Notes: generated from the letters alone by a model not told the origin. Positions 39,357-50,956 are shown, counted from the stretch's first letter. The stretch: DNA of 64,000 nucleotides from an uncultured Gemmatimonadales bacterium (GCA_963793205.1 CAWBZM010000003.1:218193-282192), one strand, 5' to 3'. Translations and numbers: made by a program.

Positions 39357-40934
39357 GTGCGACGGTTTCTGCGGCGGCTCCTGCCGCTGCTGCTGCTGGC
39401 CTCGCCGGTCGCGGCGCAGTTGGCCCCGATCGGTGCGCCCAAGGGAACGTTCCGCTTCGATATTGGCGGGAAGTTCGAGAGCGCCGACCATCGCCTGTTC
39501 GATGGCCGCACCGAGGACTACCTCGCCAGCTTTGGCTCGTCCACCCTCGGTGCTGACCGGATCCCGTTCCTGCGCACGGTTGACTCGACCCTGGGCGCGG
39601 TGACCGGACAACCGAATATCCGGGTGAACCTCGGCGCCCAGCAGGCCAATGGCCAGCTCACGATCGGTACCGGTATCCTGGGCGCCGCCCTGGGACTGAC
39701 GCGCAAGCTAACGTTGTTCGGCCGGATCCCGCTGGTGACCACCCGGATCCAGGCGCATCTCGCGCTCGACTCGAGTGGCAACGCCGGCATCAATCTGGCC
39801 CACCCCACGCTGGGCGACGGCTCGGTCCAGGGTCAGGCCAACCAGTTCTTCAATGACTTCGGCGCCGCGCTCGACGACCTGAGCGCCCGGATTGCCAACG
39901 GCACCTACGACGGGAATCCCGGCCTGAAGAGCGTGGCCCAGGCGGTCCTGACCGAGGCGCTGTCGATTCGCGACGGATTAGCCGCGATCACCAGTGGGAG
40001 TACGGCCTCCGCAGTGCTCCCGATCTCCACCAGTGCCGCCGGCATCGCGTTGATCAATCGCATCCGCGGGCTCCAGGACACGCTGGCCACCACGCTGGGC
40101 GTGAGCAGCGGCTTCGTCAACCAGGACCCGGTGTTGCCGATCAACCAGGTGGCCAGCGCCGACTTCACCACGCTGCTCTCCAACCCGTCCGGACCGATTG
40201 GCGCGGTGCCCTTCGGGGAGACCAAGATCTCCCGCATGGGTGACATGGACATCGGTGCGATCTACACCCTGGTCGATCGTTTCGACCGGCCGGGCAAGAC
40301 GGGCGGCTTTCGCCTCGCGATAGAAGGATTGATGCGGCTGCCGACCGGTCAGCTGCCCAACCCCCTCAGCCTGCTCGATGTCGGTACAGGAAACGGACGC
40401 TACGAAGCAGGCGCAAGCGGAACGCTGGATGTCGGCGCGGGACGCTGGGGCAGCCGATTCACCGGCGGCTATCTGGTGCGCTTCCCGTCCAACCGGGTGC
40501 TGCACGTGGCGCCTCCATCGGCCGGCTACGCCGAGTACGGCACTCTGACCAACATCCGGCTGGACGCCGGCGACGTCCTGAGCCTCGGCGCGCGTCCCTT
40601 CTTCCGCCTCGCTCGGAATTTCGCCATCCACGGCACCGCGGAGTACTGGCGTGAGAGTGAAGCCAGCGCGCGCTATCCGAGTCCACTCGATTCCATCCCC
40701 GGACTCTCCGCCTCGGTCATCACCGACGGCTCCGCCCGCAGCGCCTGGACCATTGGTGGCGGCGTGACCTATGTCGGTCGGGCGCTGCGGGAATGCGAGG
40801 AGGGCCACAAGTGCGGCTTCCCGATCGATGCATCGTGGAGTTTCGGGACGGTGGTGGCGGGGTCGGGCGGGATTGTGCCCAAGTGGCGGGTGACGCAGGT
40901 CGAGATCCGCTGGTATCAGCGCATCTGGCGTTAG
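39357..40934 (+). CDS. hypothetical secreted/outer-membrane protein
   Basis: GTG at 39357 followed by signal-like RRLLPLLLLASPVAAQ. Long Gly/Ser/Thr-rich sequence with beta-strand character. No recognised family. Confidence 0.55.
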   Translation: MRRFLRRLLPLLLLASPVAAQLAPIGAPKGTFRFDIGGKFESADHRLFDGRTEDYLASFGSSTLGADRIPFLRTVDSTLGAVTGQPNIRVNLGAQQANGQLTIGTGILGAALGLTRKLTLFGRIPLVTTRIQAHLALDSSGNAGINLAHPTLGDGSVQGQANQFFNDFGAALDDLSARIANGTYDGNPGLKSVAQAVLTEALSIRDGLAAITSGSTASAVLPISTSAAGIALINRIRGLQDTLATTLGVSSGFVNQDPVLPINQVASADFTTLLSNPSGPIGAVPFGETKISRMGDMDIGAIYTLVDRFDRPGKTGGFRLAIEGLMRLPTGQLPNPLSLLDVGTGNGRYEAGASGTLDVGAGRWGSRFTGGYLVRFPSNRVLHVAPPSAGYAEYGTLTNIRLDAGDVLSLGARPFFRLARNFAIHGTAEYWRESEASARYPSPLDSIPGLSASVITDGSARSAWTIGGGVTYVGRALRECEEGHKCGFPIDASWSFGTVVAGSGGIVPKWRVTQVEIRWYQRIWR

Positions 40935-42585
40935 CTAACGCGCCAGCATGGCGGCTGCATGTTGCCGAGCCGTGGCGGCGTCGGCGTCGCCCAGCATACG
41001 GGCCAGCTCGGTGACCCGGTCCTCCCCATGAATCCGCTGGACATCGCTGGTCGCAACGCCGCCGCGGGCGACCTTGGACACCACGAGGTGCTGCTCCGCC
41101 CGCGCGGCGATCTGCGGCAGGTGGGTGATGACGAGCACCTGGCGGCGCTCCGCCACCTGGGCCAGGGCATCGCCCACTTTCGCGCCGATTTCCCCGCCGA
41201 TCCCCTGATCCACCTCATCGAAGACGAGGACGGGCACGGCATCATGTCGAGCCAGGACGACCTTGAGCGCCAGCATCAGGCGGGAGAGTTCGCCGCCCGA
41301 GGCGGCACGGGCCAGCGGCCGCGGGTCGAGACCGGCGTTGAGCCGGACGATGAAGCTGATCGACTCCTGCCCTGAGGCTCCGACCTGCGGAAGCGGAGCC
41401 AGTTCCACGTCGAACTTGCCTCCAGGCAGCCCGAGCGACGGAAGGAGCCGGCTCACGGCACGGGCCAGCCGCCCTGCCCCATCCCGCCGACGGGCGGAGA
41501 GCGCCTCGGCCGCAGCCGCGGTCGCGGCGTCGGCGGCGACCCGACGAGCGGCGAGCTGACGGAGGTCGAGGTCGGCGGTGTCGAGCAGGTCGAGATCCCG
41601 GGCCGCCTGGTCCCGGACGGCGGTGATCTCCTCCAGCGTGGCGCCATGCTTCTGCTTCAGCCGGTAGATCAGGTCCCGACGACGCTCGACATCGGCCAGC
41701 CGGGCGGGGTCCTCCTGCACCCCGTCGGCGTATCCGCCCGCGAGGCGGGCCAGCTCACCCGCCTGGGCGTAGGCGCTGTCGAGCAGGTCACGCCACCCCG
41801 TCAGCTCGGTGTCGATCTTCTCGAGGGCGGAGAGCAGTCGGTCAGCCTGGCCTAGGCGGGGGACGATCCCATCACCATCACCATCCAGCAGTTCCGCGAG
41901 GCGGCGGGCCTGCTCCCCCAGCGTCGTGGCATGGCCCAGGCGGCGGGCTTCGGCGTCGAGCGCCTCCTCCTCACCTGACTGGAGCCGGACGGCGTCGATC
42001 TCCTTGACCACATGCCGCAGGTAGTCGGCCCGCTTCCGGGTTTCGTCCCGCTGTGCCATCAACGCCGCTTCCTCCTCCTTGAGGGCCTGCAGGGCGGCGT
42101 GCGCCTCAAACAGGGCGGCCCGCTCGCCCTGCGCCCCGGCGAAGGCGTCGAGGATTTCCCGCTGGGCGTCGGCATGGAGCAGCGATTCGGTCTCGTGCTG
42201 GCCATGGAGGTCGACCAGCATCCGACCCAGACGGCCGAGTACCCCCATGGTCGTCGGGCTGCCGTTGACCCAGGCGCGCGAGCGACCATCCACGCCGATC
42301 TCGCGGCGAATGACCAGCCGATCGTCGGCGTCGAGGCCTTCCGCTTCCAGCCGACGGCGGAGGGTGGCATCCTCAACGTCGAACGCGCCCTCGACGATCG
42401 CGCGGTTGCGCACCGGGACGGACGAGGCCGCTGTCTGCGCGGGCGCCGAGCAGCAGGGAGAGGGCGTCGACGACCATCGATTTGCCGGCGCCGGTTTCAC
42501 CGGTGAGCACGTTGAGGCCAGGCCCGGGCTGCAGGGTGACCTCGGCGATCGTCACCAGGTCCCGCACGCGGAGCTCGGTGATCAT
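40935..42585 (-). pseudogene. recN: DNA repair protein RecN, one frameshift as sequenced
   Basis: N-terminal 60 aa (MITELRVRDLVTIAEV...LTGETGAGKSMVVDAL) is in one frame and the rest in another. The junction ...LVRPGAQ|RAIVEGAFDV needs removal of one C near 42403-42408. Confidence 0.85.
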
Positions 42586-43452
42586 GCCCGTCCCTCGCGC
42601 CCCGCCAGGTCGCCCCAACTGAGCTTCTGCCGCATCCGGGTGAAGTAGCCCTCTTCACCGATCCGCACCAGCAGCACCGACGAGGGCGATCGCCGGATGA
42701 AGACCCGGTCGCCCGCCGCCAGGGTGGTTCCAAGCTGCCCATCGTAGGAGACCAGCAGGTCGTCGTGCGCCGGCGACATCGGCTCGGCGCAGATCGTCAT
42801 CGTCGCGGGGACCACGAGAGGCCGCACCGCCAGGGTGTGGGCGCACACCGGTGTGACGATCATGGCCTGGACGCCGGGTGCAACGATCGGCCCACCGGCG
42901 GACAGCGAATAGGCGGTCGACCCGGTGGGACTCGCGACCACCAGGCCATCGGAGCTGTAGGGGCCGAGGTCGTCGCCATCGATGGTGAGGCGGATGCGGA
43001 TGATGCGGGCGACGCCGGACTTGTGGATGACGACGTCGTTGAGCGCCTGCTGCTCGGAGCGGACGGCCCCGGTGTCGCTCACGATGGTCGCGTGGAGCAC
43101 CAGTCGGCGCTCCAGCACGTAGCTCCCGGAGGTCAGCGCCTCGAGGGCGGTCCGCAGCTGATCGCGGGTGGCCGTGGTGAGGAAGCCGACGCGCCCGAGG
43201 TTGACCCCCAGGATCGGCACCTCGCGGCCGCGAAGCAGGCGGGCGCCCCGGAGCAGGGTCCCATCGCCGCCGCAGGTGATGAGCGCGTCCGGCACGTCCT
43301 CGTCCAGCAGCGGCAAGCGGCCGCTCCCAGAGCGGAACGAGGCTCGGTTCGGTGAGCAGCTCCACGCCGCAGGTCGGCGCCAGTTCCGCCAGCTCCCACA
43401 GGACGGTGCGGAGATCGGCGTATCGTGGATTTCCGACAACGCCGACCTTCAT
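42582..43452 (-). pseudogene. nadK: NAD kinase, one frameshift as sequenced
   Basis: MKVGVVGNPRYADL...WERPL is in one frame and PLLDEDVPDALITCGGDGTLL onward in another. One extra G near 43313-43316. The ATG at 43452 overlaps the dxs stop. Confidence 0.85.
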
Positions 43453-45348
43453 CGTGCCTCGATGCTCTCCTCGCTGTGCAGCGCGCGCAGACGCCGGGCG
43501 ATCCCACCGGCGGACAATCCGCAATTCTCCAGCTGGTCATTGCGCGGCGCCTGCTCGATCAGCCGATCGGGCAGACCGAGCGCGACGGTGCGCACTTCGG
43601 GGTGGGTGGTCTGCAGCGTCTCGGCGAGGTAGGCGCCGAACCCGTTCACGATGGTGCCTTCCTCGACCGTCACCAGCGTCGAATGCTGCGCGGCGAGCAC
43701 CTCGAGCAACGCACTGTCCAGCGGCTTGAGGAACCGGCAATTGACCACGGTGCAGTCGATCCCCTCGGCCGCCAGCTGGTTGGCCGCTTCGAGGCTGGGA
43801 CCGACCATCGTGCCCACCGCCAGCAGGGCCACGTCCTTCCCCTGCCGCAACGTCTCCCAGGTGCCGTATGGCACCGCAGGGACCTCGGCCACCGGACGCG
43901 GCTCGCTGGGTGTCTTGTCCCGGGGATAGCGGGTGCAGAACGGCCCGCCCTTGTGGACCAGGGCGGTCTTCAACAGGCCGATGAGTTCGTCCGCATCGCG
44001 CGGGGCGGTCACGGTCATGCCCGGCACCGCCAGCATATAGGCGATATCGTACAGCCCCATGTGGGTCTGGCCATCTTCACCCACGAGGCCGGCCCGGTCC
44101 ATCGCGAAAATCACGGGCAGATACTGCACCGCGATATCGTGGATGACGTTATCGTAGGCCCGCTGCAGGAAGGTGCTGTAGATCGCGCAGACTGGGCCGG
44201 ATGCCCTGGGTGGCGAGGCCGCCGGCGAAGGTCACCGCGTGACCCTCGGCGATGCCAACATCGAAGAAGCGCTCGGGAAACTTCTTCTGGAAGATGTTGG
44301 TGCCGGTCCCGCTGGGCATGGCGGCGGTGATCACCACCATCTCGGGATGCTCGGCGGCCAGGGCGGTGAGCGTGTCCCCGAATACCTGAGTCCAGGTCGG
44401 CGGACCGCTGGCCTTCTTGCGCGGCTCGCCGGTTTCGGGATCGTAGGCGGCGAGGCCGTGCCACTTCTCCTTGTTGGCCTCGGCGAGGGGGAAGCCCTTG
44501 CCCTTCTGGGTCATCACATGGATGACCCGCGGGCCGGTCATCGGCTTCACGAAGCGGAAGGTGTCCACCAGCTTCTTGAGATCGTGGCCGTCGATCGGGC
44601 CGAAATAGCGGAATCCCAGTTCCTCGAAGAACATCCCGTCCGAGAAGAGATTCTTGGCGCTCTCCTCCAGGTTCTTGGCGAATTCGACCAGCTCCGGACC
44701 CAGCACCTTGCCGAGCTTGAGGGTCCAGTGCTTGATGTGCTCGCGCATCCGGTTGGTCACCGGACTCGCCGCGATGCCGCCCAGGGTCTTGCTGATGGCG
44801 CCGACGTTGGGCGAGATGGACATCCCGTTGTCGTTGACGATCAGGATGATGTCGCGGTTGGAATGCCCGGCGTTGTTCATCCCCTCATAGGAGAGGCCAC
44901 AGGTCAGTGCGCCGTCGCCCACGATCGCCACGACCTTGTTGCGTTCGCCCTTGAGGTCCCGGGCGGTCGCCATGCCCAGCGCGGCCGACATCGCGGTGCC
45001 CGCGTGTCCCGCGCCGAAATGGTCGTGCTCGCTTTCCTCAATCTTGAGAAAGCCGGAGATCCCGCCCGTCTGGCGCAGGGTGGGAAATCGATCGTTGCGG
45101 CCGGTGAGGAGCTTCCAGGCATAGGCCTGGTGGCCGACATCCCACACCACCTTGTCGCGCGGCGAGTCGAATTCATACAGCAGCGCAATCGACAGCTCCA
45201 CGACGCCGAGGCTGGCGCCGATGTGCCCGCCGGTCTGCGACACGCAATCGATCAGGCGATCCCGGACTTCCTGGGCGAGCTGGGGCAGCTGCTCGCGCGG
45301 GATCCGCTTCAGGTCGTCGGGCGACTGGATGGACGAGAGGAGGGTCAT
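43449..45348 (-). pseudogene. dxs: 1-deoxy-D-xylulose-5-phosphate synthase, one frameshift as sequenced
   Basis: N-terminal 380 aa and the C-terminal 226 aa ORF join as ...GLATQGIRP|VCAIYSTFLQRAYDNVIHDIA if one base near 44190-44195 is removed. Confidence 0.88.
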
Positions 45349-45412
45349 GGGACTCCAGCAACGGAGGTGAAGCGCCAGGCGTCAGGCGAGCGCAAAACGT
45401 TGTACACCAGGG

Positions 45413-46318
45413 TCACGAGGCCCGATTCACAATATAGTGGGCCAGCGAGGCCAGAGCCGCCGATGGCACCCCCGCCTCATCGAGATGCCGCACCGCGTGG
45501 GCGGAAAGCGCCGTCGCTTCGGCGCGGGCCCGGTCGATACCCAGGACACTGACGTAGGTCGACTTCTCGGCGGCGGCATCCTTGCCCGCGCTCTTGCCAA
45601 GTTGCGCCGTGGTTGCGGTTACGTCCAGCACGTCGTCCGCAATCTGGAAGGCAAGTCCGATTTCCTGCCCGTACTCCGCCAGCGCGGCGATCGTGGCGGC
45701 CGGCGCCTCGGCGGCGAGACCGCCCAGCACGCACGAGCCACGGATCAGGGCACCGGTCTTCCCCCGGTGTACCGCCATCAGACCATCCAGGTCGAGCAGC
45801 CGGCCCTCGGCCTCGAGATCGAGCCACTGTCCCCCCACCATGCCCTCGATGCCGCCAGAACGGAAGAGTTCGGCGGCCATGCGGCCCAACGTTCCGGGGG
45901 ACAGTACCAGGTCGCGCGCGGCCTGGGAGAGCACCAGGGCGGCCACCGGCACCAGCAGAAACCCCACCCGGGTGGCGGTCGGCACGTCGTACGCTCGATG
46001 AGTCGTGGGGCGCCCGCGCCGCATGCCGTCATCGTCCATGCAGGGCAGATCGTCGTGCACCAGCGAGTAGGTGTGCACCGTCTCGACGGCCGCCGCGACG
46101 GCCGCGATCGCGGGCGAGTGACCACCGGCGGCGCGATAGGCCGCCATGAGCAGGGCCGGCCGCACCCGTTTGCCCGGGGTGTTGAGCGCGTAGGCGAGTG
46201 CCTCCCCGGTCCGACCCGGGACAATCGTCTGGACCCGCTCGGCCCACGCGGCCAGCAGCCCGTCGACCCGCTCCCGCGCCTCGGCCAGCAGGGAGGCCAC
46301 GTCGGTGGGCTCACTCAT
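45413..46318 (-). CDS. ispA: polyprenyl (farnesyl/geranylgeranyl) diphosphate synthase
   Basis: LVHDDLPCMDDD and FQIADDVLD aspartate-rich motifs. The ATG at 46318 overlaps the xseB 3' end by 8 nt. Confidence 0.88.
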   Translation of the reverse strand: MSEPTDVASLLAEARERVDGLLAAWAERVQTIVPGRTGEALAYALNTPGKRVRPALLMAAYRAAGGHSPAIAAVAAAVETVHTYSLVHDDLPCMDDDGMRRGRPTTHRAYDVPTATRVGFLLVPVAALVLSQAARDLVLSPGTLGRMAAELFRSGGIEGMVGGQWLDLEAEGRLLDLDGLMAVHRGKTGALIRGSCVLGGLAAEAPAATIAALAEYGQEIGLAFQIADDVLDVTATTAQLGKSAGKDAAAEKSTYVSVLGIDRARAEATALSAHAVRHLDEAGVPSAALASLAHYIVNRAS

Positions 46319-46544
46319 CGGGGTCCACCTCCTCGAGCCGGAGCGTCCCCTGCGCATCTTCGAGCACCTTCCGGACCCGCACTTCGGCGGCCCCGAGCCG
46401 TTCGCGCGCCGCGCGCAGCCGGCCCACCCCTTCCTCAAACAGGGCCAGGGCCTGGTCGAGATCGGCATCTTCCCGCTCGAGTTTGCGGACAATCTCCTCG
46501 AGCCGACGAAGCTCATCGGCGAGCGAGGGGGCTGGATCAGTCAT
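46311..46544 (-). CDS. xseB: exodeoxyribonuclease VII small subunit
   Basis: 77 aa helical protein with LEEIVRKLEREDADLDQALALFEEG. Confidence 0.88.
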   Translation of the reverse strand: MTDPAPSLADELRRLEEIVRKLEREDADLDQALALFEEGVGRLRAARERLGAAEVRVRKVLEDAQGTLRLEEVDPDE

Positions 46545-47683
46545 TCGGGCTCCACCCGGGCAGGGACGGTGCCATCAGCGAGACGCAGGCGAAAGGGTCT
46601 GCCAACGGGGAAATCTGGGCGGCGGCGCAGCACCCCGCCATCCTCGCCCAGTGCCACACTATAGCCGCGCTCCAGCACCCGCAGGGGCGACAACGCGTCC
46701 AGTTGGGCCGCATAGCGTTCGAGGTCGCGCCGGTGCCGCTCCAGTCGCTGGTCGAGCGCACCCTGCAACCGATCCCCGGTCCGGGCCAGTCGTTCGCGCG
46801 CCAGGCGGGTGCCGCGTCCGAGTGCGTTGCCGAGACGAAGTCCCAGCGAGGCCACCTGGCGACGGAAATCGGCGGCGTCGGGCACCGCCAGCTCCATCGC
46901 GGCGGAGGGCGTGGCGGCCCGGATATCGGCAATCAGGTCGGTGAGCAGGAGATCGGTCTCGTGTCCCACGGCGGAAATGGTCGGAATGCGGAGGGCAGCG
47001 AGCGCCCGGCACACTCCTTCGTGGTTGAAAACGGCCAGATCTTCGCGGGCACCACCGCCCCGGGCCAGCACGCAGAGGTCGAGCCCCTCATAGCGGTTGA
47101 CGCGTCCAAGGGCCCGGATCATCTCCTGCGGCGCCTCGGCACCCTGGACGCGGGTGCCGAAGACCAGGAGCTCGACCGAAGACCACCGGCGGCGCGCCAC
47201 GGTCATGATATCCCGCAGTGCCGCGCCATCGAGGCTGGTGACGATCGCGATCCGGTTGGGGACCTGGGGCAGCGGGCGCTTGCGGTCGATGTCGAACAGG
47301 CCATCCTTGGCGAGCGCCTCCCGGATCCGCCGCAGCGCGAGTTCCGCGGCGCCGGTTTTATCGGTGACCAGCAGCTCCGAGACCGTCAGCCGAAACTCGC
47401 CCCGTTCCTCCCAGAGCGTCGGCGTGCCGTAAATGAAAACCTGGCTGCCCTCCTCTGGCGGAGTCTTGTAGCGCTGGGCCTGAGTGCGCCACATCACGCA
47501 GCGTATCTGGGCCCCCGCGTCGCCCAGAGTGAAGTACCAGTGGCCACTGCGATACACCTTGAGACCGCTCATCTCTCCGCGGATCCAGAGCGGGCCGATG
47601 CCCTGCTCCACCGCGCGCCGAGCCGCCCGGGCAAGTTGCGTCGGGGTCCACGGATTCTGGGAGAAGAGATCGGGCTCGGGCAT
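46541..47683 (-). CDS. xseA: exodeoxyribonuclease VII large subunit
   Basis: OB-fold N-terminus, then VTSLDGAALRD, ARGGG, ISAVGHETD motifs. Confidence 0.9.
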   Translation of the reverse strand: MPEPDLFSQNPWTPTQLARAARRAVEQGIGPLWIRGEMSGLKVYRSGHWYFTLGDAGAQIRCVMWRTQAQRYKTPPEEGSQVFIYGTPTLWEERGEFRLTVSELLVTDKTGAAELALRRIREALAKDGLFDIDRKRPLPQVPNRIAIVTSLDGAALRDIMTVARRRWSSVELLVFGTRVQGAEAPQEMIRALGRVNRYEGLDLCVLARGGGAREDLAVFNHEGVCRALAALRIPTISAVGHETDLLLTDLIADIRAATPSAAMELAVPDAADFRRQVASLGLRLGNALGRGTRLARERLARTGDRLQGALDQRLERHRRDLERYAAQLDALSPLRVLERGYSVALGEDGGVLRRRPDFPVGRPFRLRLADGTVPARVEPE

Positions 47684-47817
47684 GGAGACGGGGGACGGGA
47701 ACGGGGAACAGGGAACAGGGAACGGGGAACGGGGAACGGGGAACGGGGAACGGCTCGGAGGTTGGGGGATTGCCGAGTCGCCACCCTGTCCCCGTTCCCC
47801 CTTCCCTGTTCCCCGCA
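47684..47817. repeat. hairpin microsatellite element C (GGGGAAC-type arms plus conserved core)
   Basis: About 10 G-rich heptamer units at 47684-47753 start directly after the xseA ATG complement. Loop stem CTCGG/CCGAG encloses AGGTTGGGGGATTG. C-rich arm at 47787-47817 ends 2 nt from the folD stop. Confidence 0.85.
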
Positions 47818-47819
47818 GT

Positions 47820-48701
47820 TCACATCTTCTGTTTCAGGGCCTGCAGCGTGTTGGCGAGCAGCATCGCGATGGTCATCGGACCGACGCCGCCCGGGACTGG
47901 AGTGATGGCAGAGGCAATCGCGGCCACCGGTTCGTACGCGACATCGCCGGTGAGGCGATAGCCGCGCGGCCGTGAGGCATCGTCCACGCGATTGATGCCA
48001 ACATCGATAACCACCGCGCCGGGACGGACCATGTCGGCGGTGACAAACTCCGCCTTGCCGATCGCGGCGATGAGGATGTCGGCGGTGCGGGCGACTGCAG
48101 GGAGGTCGCGGGTGCGGGAATGGCAGACCGTCACCGTGGCATCGCCGCCAGCGCCGGTCTGAATCAGCAGATTGGCCATCGGCTTGCCGACGATGGTGCT
48201 GCGCCCGATGACGACGGCGTGTGCTCCCCTGGTCTCGATCCCGTTCCGGATCAGCATCTGCTGGACGCCATAGGGCGTGCAGGGCCGGAGGGCGGTCGGG
48301 TCACCAATGACGAGCTTGCCGACGTTCACCGGATGGAACCCGTCGACATCCTTCGCGGGGTCGACCCGCAGCAGCACCTTCTCGGTGTTGATGTGCTTGG
48401 GCAGCGGCAACTGCACCAGGATACCGTGAATCGCCGGATCGTGATTCAGGCCATCGATGATGGCGAGGAGATCGGCTTCATTGATCTCGGCCGGACGCTC
48501 GATCTTGACCGAGTGCATCCCGGCCTCGAGGCAGGCCTTCTCCTTACTGCCGACATACGCCTTGGATGCAGGGTTTTCCCCCACCAGGACGACAGCGAGG
48601 CCGGGCCGGACCCCTTTCGCCGCGAGCACGCGGCACTCCGCGGTGACTTCCTCCCGAATGGTCTTGCCGAGGGCGACGCCATCGATGATCCGAGCACTCA
48701 T
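47820..48701 (-). CDS. folD: bifunctional methylenetetrahydrofolate dehydrogenase/cyclohydrolase
   Basis: Full-length FolD ([32 protein letters not shown]). Confidence 0.93.
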   Translation of the reverse strand: MSARIIDGVALGKTIREEVTAECRVLAAKGVRPGLAVVLVGENPASKAYVGSKEKACLEAGMHSVKIERPAEINEADLLAIIDGLNHDPAIHGILVQLPLPKHINTEKVLLRVDPAKDVDGFHPVNVGKLVIGDPTALRPCTPYGVQQMLIRNGIETRGAHAVVIGRSTIVGKPMANLLIQTGAGGDATVTVCHSRTRDLPAVARTADILIAAIGKAEFVTADMVRPGAVVIDVGINRVDDASRPRGYRLTGDVAYEPVAAIASAITPVPGGVGPMTIAMLLANTLQALKQKM

Positions 48702-50275
48702 TTCGCGATATCCACGGCCCGGGTCTCGCGAATGACCACCACCCGGATCTGGCCGGGGTATTGGAGCTCATTCTCGATGCGCCGGGCAATCTGGTCCGAC
48801 AGCGCCGCAGCGGCGTTGTCGTCGATCTGATCGGGCGTGACAATGACCCGCACCTCGCGGCCGGCCTGGATCACGTTCGACTTTTCCACTCCGCTGAAGC
48901 TGTTGGCGATCTCTTCCAGCTTGGTCAACCGCTTCACGTAGCTCTCGAAGGCCTCGCGTCTGGCGCCGGGCCGGGAGCCACTGATCGCGTCGGCGGCCTG
49001 GACCAGCACCGACTCCGCGGTTTCGTGCGGCACATCGTCGTGATGGGCCTGGATGCAATTGATGACCAGCGCGGTTTCCCCATATTTGCGCGCCATCTCC
49101 ACGCCGAGTTCGACGTGGGTCCCCTCATGCTCGTGGGTCAGCACCTTGCCGACATCGTGCAGCAGGGCGCCCCGCTTGGCCAACTGGACATCGAGGTGGA
49201 GTTCGGCGGCCATGATCCCGGCCAGCCACGCCACTTCCTTCGAATGCTCGTAGATGTTCTGGCCGTAGGAGGTCCGGTAACGCATCCGGCCGATGAGGCG
49301 GATCATTTCGGGGTGGAGGCCGTGCACCCCGGTATCGAAGGCGGCCTTCTCGCCCAGCTCCTGCATCTCGGTGTTGAGTTCCTTCTGTGCCTTCGCGACC
49401 AGTTCCTCGATCCGGCCCGGATGAATCCTGCCATCGGTGATCAGGGCATCGAGTGCGCGACGGGCCACCTCCCGGCGCACCGGATCGTAGCAGCTGATAA
49501 TGACGGTGTCCGGGGTGTCGTCGATGATGACGTCGACACCGGTCGCCTGCTCGAAGGCGCGGATATTCCGGCCCTCGCGGCCGATGATCCGGCCCTTCAT
49601 CTCATCGCTCGGGAGCGCCACCGCCGCCACGGTGCTCTCGGCGGTCTGCTCGGCCGAGATCCGCTGGACGGCAAGCGCCACGATCTTCCGGGCATCCTTC
49701 TCGGCGGACTTCTTGGCCTGCTCCCGGATATCCCGGCCCAGAGCCTGGGCCTGGCTGCGGGCCTCATCCTCCACCCGCTGCAGGACCTCGCGCCGGGCCT
49801 CTTCGCCCGTCAGCCCCGCAATCCGCTCCAGTTTCTGGCGCTGCTCGGCGAGCAGCCGTTCGGACTCCTGCTCCCGGCTGCCGAGGGCCGCTTCCCGCTG
49901 CTTGAGGGTGCCCTCGCGCGCGACGAACGCCGACTCCTGCTTCCGCACCGTTTCCATCTGGCGTTCGACCGCCTTGTCGCGCTCCTCGGCCCGGCGCTCA
50001 AACCGCTCCCATTCCTCCCGGCGGCGCTGGGCCTCCTTGTCCAGATCCTCCCGCAACCGGAGGATTTCCATCTTTCCCTCCAGCACAATCTGGGTCCGGG
50101 CCTCGGCCGCCTTGCCGGAGGCATCGGAAATGAGCGTCTCCGCCTGCAGCCGTGCGGCCGACAGGGTATGGCTGGCGCTCTTGCGCTGGGTGCGATTGTA
50201 GATCAGGAAGAGGGCCGTGGCCACCAGCACGCCGGCGGCAAGCCCCTCGATAAGGGCGATGACAATCGATGACAT
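48698..50275 (-). CDS. rny: ribonuclease Y
   Basis: N-terminal TM helix, coiled coil, KH ([12 protein letters not shown]) and HD (HSKEVA...LLHDVGK) domains. Confidence 0.92.
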   Translation of the reverse strand: MSSIVIALIEGLAAGVLVATALFLIYNRTQRKSASHTLSAARLQAETLISDASGKAAEARTQIVLEGKMEILRLREDLDKEAQRRREEWERFERRAEERDKAVERQMETVRKQESAFVAREGTLKQREAALGSREQESERLLAEQRQKLERIAGLTGEEARREVLQRVEDEARSQAQALGRDIREQAKKSAEKDARKIVALAVQRISAEQTAESTVAAVALPSDEMKGRIIGREGRNIRAFEQATGVDVIIDDTPDTVIISCYDPVRREVARRALDALITDGRIHPGRIEELVAKAQKELNTEMQELGEKAAFDTGVHGLHPEMIRLIGRMRYRTSYGQNIYEHSKEVAWLAGIMAAELHLDVQLAKRGALLHDVGKVLTHEHEGTHVELGVEMARKYGETALVINCIQAHHDDVPHETAESVLVQAADAISGSRPGARREAFESYVKRLTKLEEIANSFSGVEKSNVIQAGREVRVIVTPDQIDDNAAAALSDQIARRIENELQYPGQIRVVVIRETRAVDIAK

Positions 50276-50344
50276 GCGATCTATCTCCAGGAGCGCCTGA
50301 CCTGCCGCTCCGTCATGGCGTACCGGCCCGAATGCGGACCGGCG

Positions 50345-50674
50345 TCAGCTGCTGATGATGCTGTGTGGCGCCGTGGCGCGGCGGCCGCGCTTGGCCGGCG
50401 GAAGCAGCCGGGCCAGGTCATCCGCCATCGCGTTCAGCCGCGCGGCATGGTCCCGATCGCCGCGCCGGGCCTGGAACAGTTCATCGGTAATCGCCAGTGC
50501 GGCGAGGATCGCCGCCTTGTGCGTCTCCACCTGCGGCAACATGTCCCGGATCCGCTTCAGGGCGGCATCCACGTACGCGGCCACTTCGCGGGTGTATTCC
50601 GGCGGCAGCTCGGAGCGGACGGTGTAGTCCTCGCCCCCGATCGTCACCCGGACCGCATGCTTGGCCGTGGTCAT
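50345..50674 (-). CDS. zapA: cell division protein ZapA
   Basis: 109 aa, VRVTIGGEDYTVRSE N-terminus. Its start overlaps the upstream stop. Confidence 0.8.
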   Translation of the reverse strand: MTTAKHAVRVTIGGEDYTVRSELPPEYTREVAAYVDAALKRIRDMLPQVETHKAAILAALAITDELFQARRGDRDHAARLNAMADDLARLLPPAKRGRRATAPHSIISS

Positions 50675-50946
50675 GCCGCCCCCTCGTCTGCGTCGGTCTC
50701 CAGGAAGCCCAGGCGATGGGCCAGCATCTGCAACCGCTCGCGGGCGGCCTGGATCCGCTGGTGCAGCGCCTGGTTTTCCATGTCGAGATCCAGCGACCGC
50801 TGGCGGGAGAGAATCAGCTCCGGTCCCGCCACCACCCCGCCCTTGGCGCGGGCCTCGGCCAGCTCCGCCTCCGCCTTGAGCGATCGCCGGCGCCAGGCCG
50901 CCAGCTCTTCCCCCACGTGCTGGAGCAGGTCGCCCAGCTCGTGCAT
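50671..50946 (-). CDS. small coiled-coil protein (ZapB-like position)
   Basis: Heptad-rich 91 aa from the ATG at 50946. The TTG at 50982 would overlap pheT. Function inferred from position only. Confidence 0.5.
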   Translation of the reverse strand: MHELGDLLQHVGEELAAWRRRSLKAEAELAEARAKGGVVAGPELILSRQRSLDLDMENQALHQRIQAARERLQMLAHRLGFLETDADEGAA

Positions 50947-50956
50947 CGCCTGGACA

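Noticed and set aside
39303-39357. The ORF-track start at 39303 for the outer-membrane-like protein would overlap the galK start by 31 nt in divergent orientation.
   Set aside because: The GTG at 39357 immediately precedes a signal-peptide-like segment and avoids the overlap. The upstream extension has no features.
42400-44200. Programmed ribosomal frameshifting as the explanation for the recN, nadK and dxs frame breaks.
   Set aside because: There are no slippery heptamers or stimulatory structures at the junctions. Three adjacent unrelated genes are affected, and many more further on. Sequence error is far more parsimonious.
45425-45431. Second Rex half-site TTCACAA near the ispA 3' end.
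   Set aside because: It is only a half-site with no TTGTGAA partner at the right spacing, and it lies inside coding sequence.
47756-47961. The conserved core contains GGAGG followed 7-8 nt later by TTG or ATG, suggesting a small plus-strand ORF. Examples are the 63 aa ORF at 47770-47961 and 15 aa and 11 aa peptides at the other copies.
   Set aside because: The predicted peptides differ completely in length and sequence between the copies, so the SD-like string is part of a nucleic-acid motif and not a conserved coding start.
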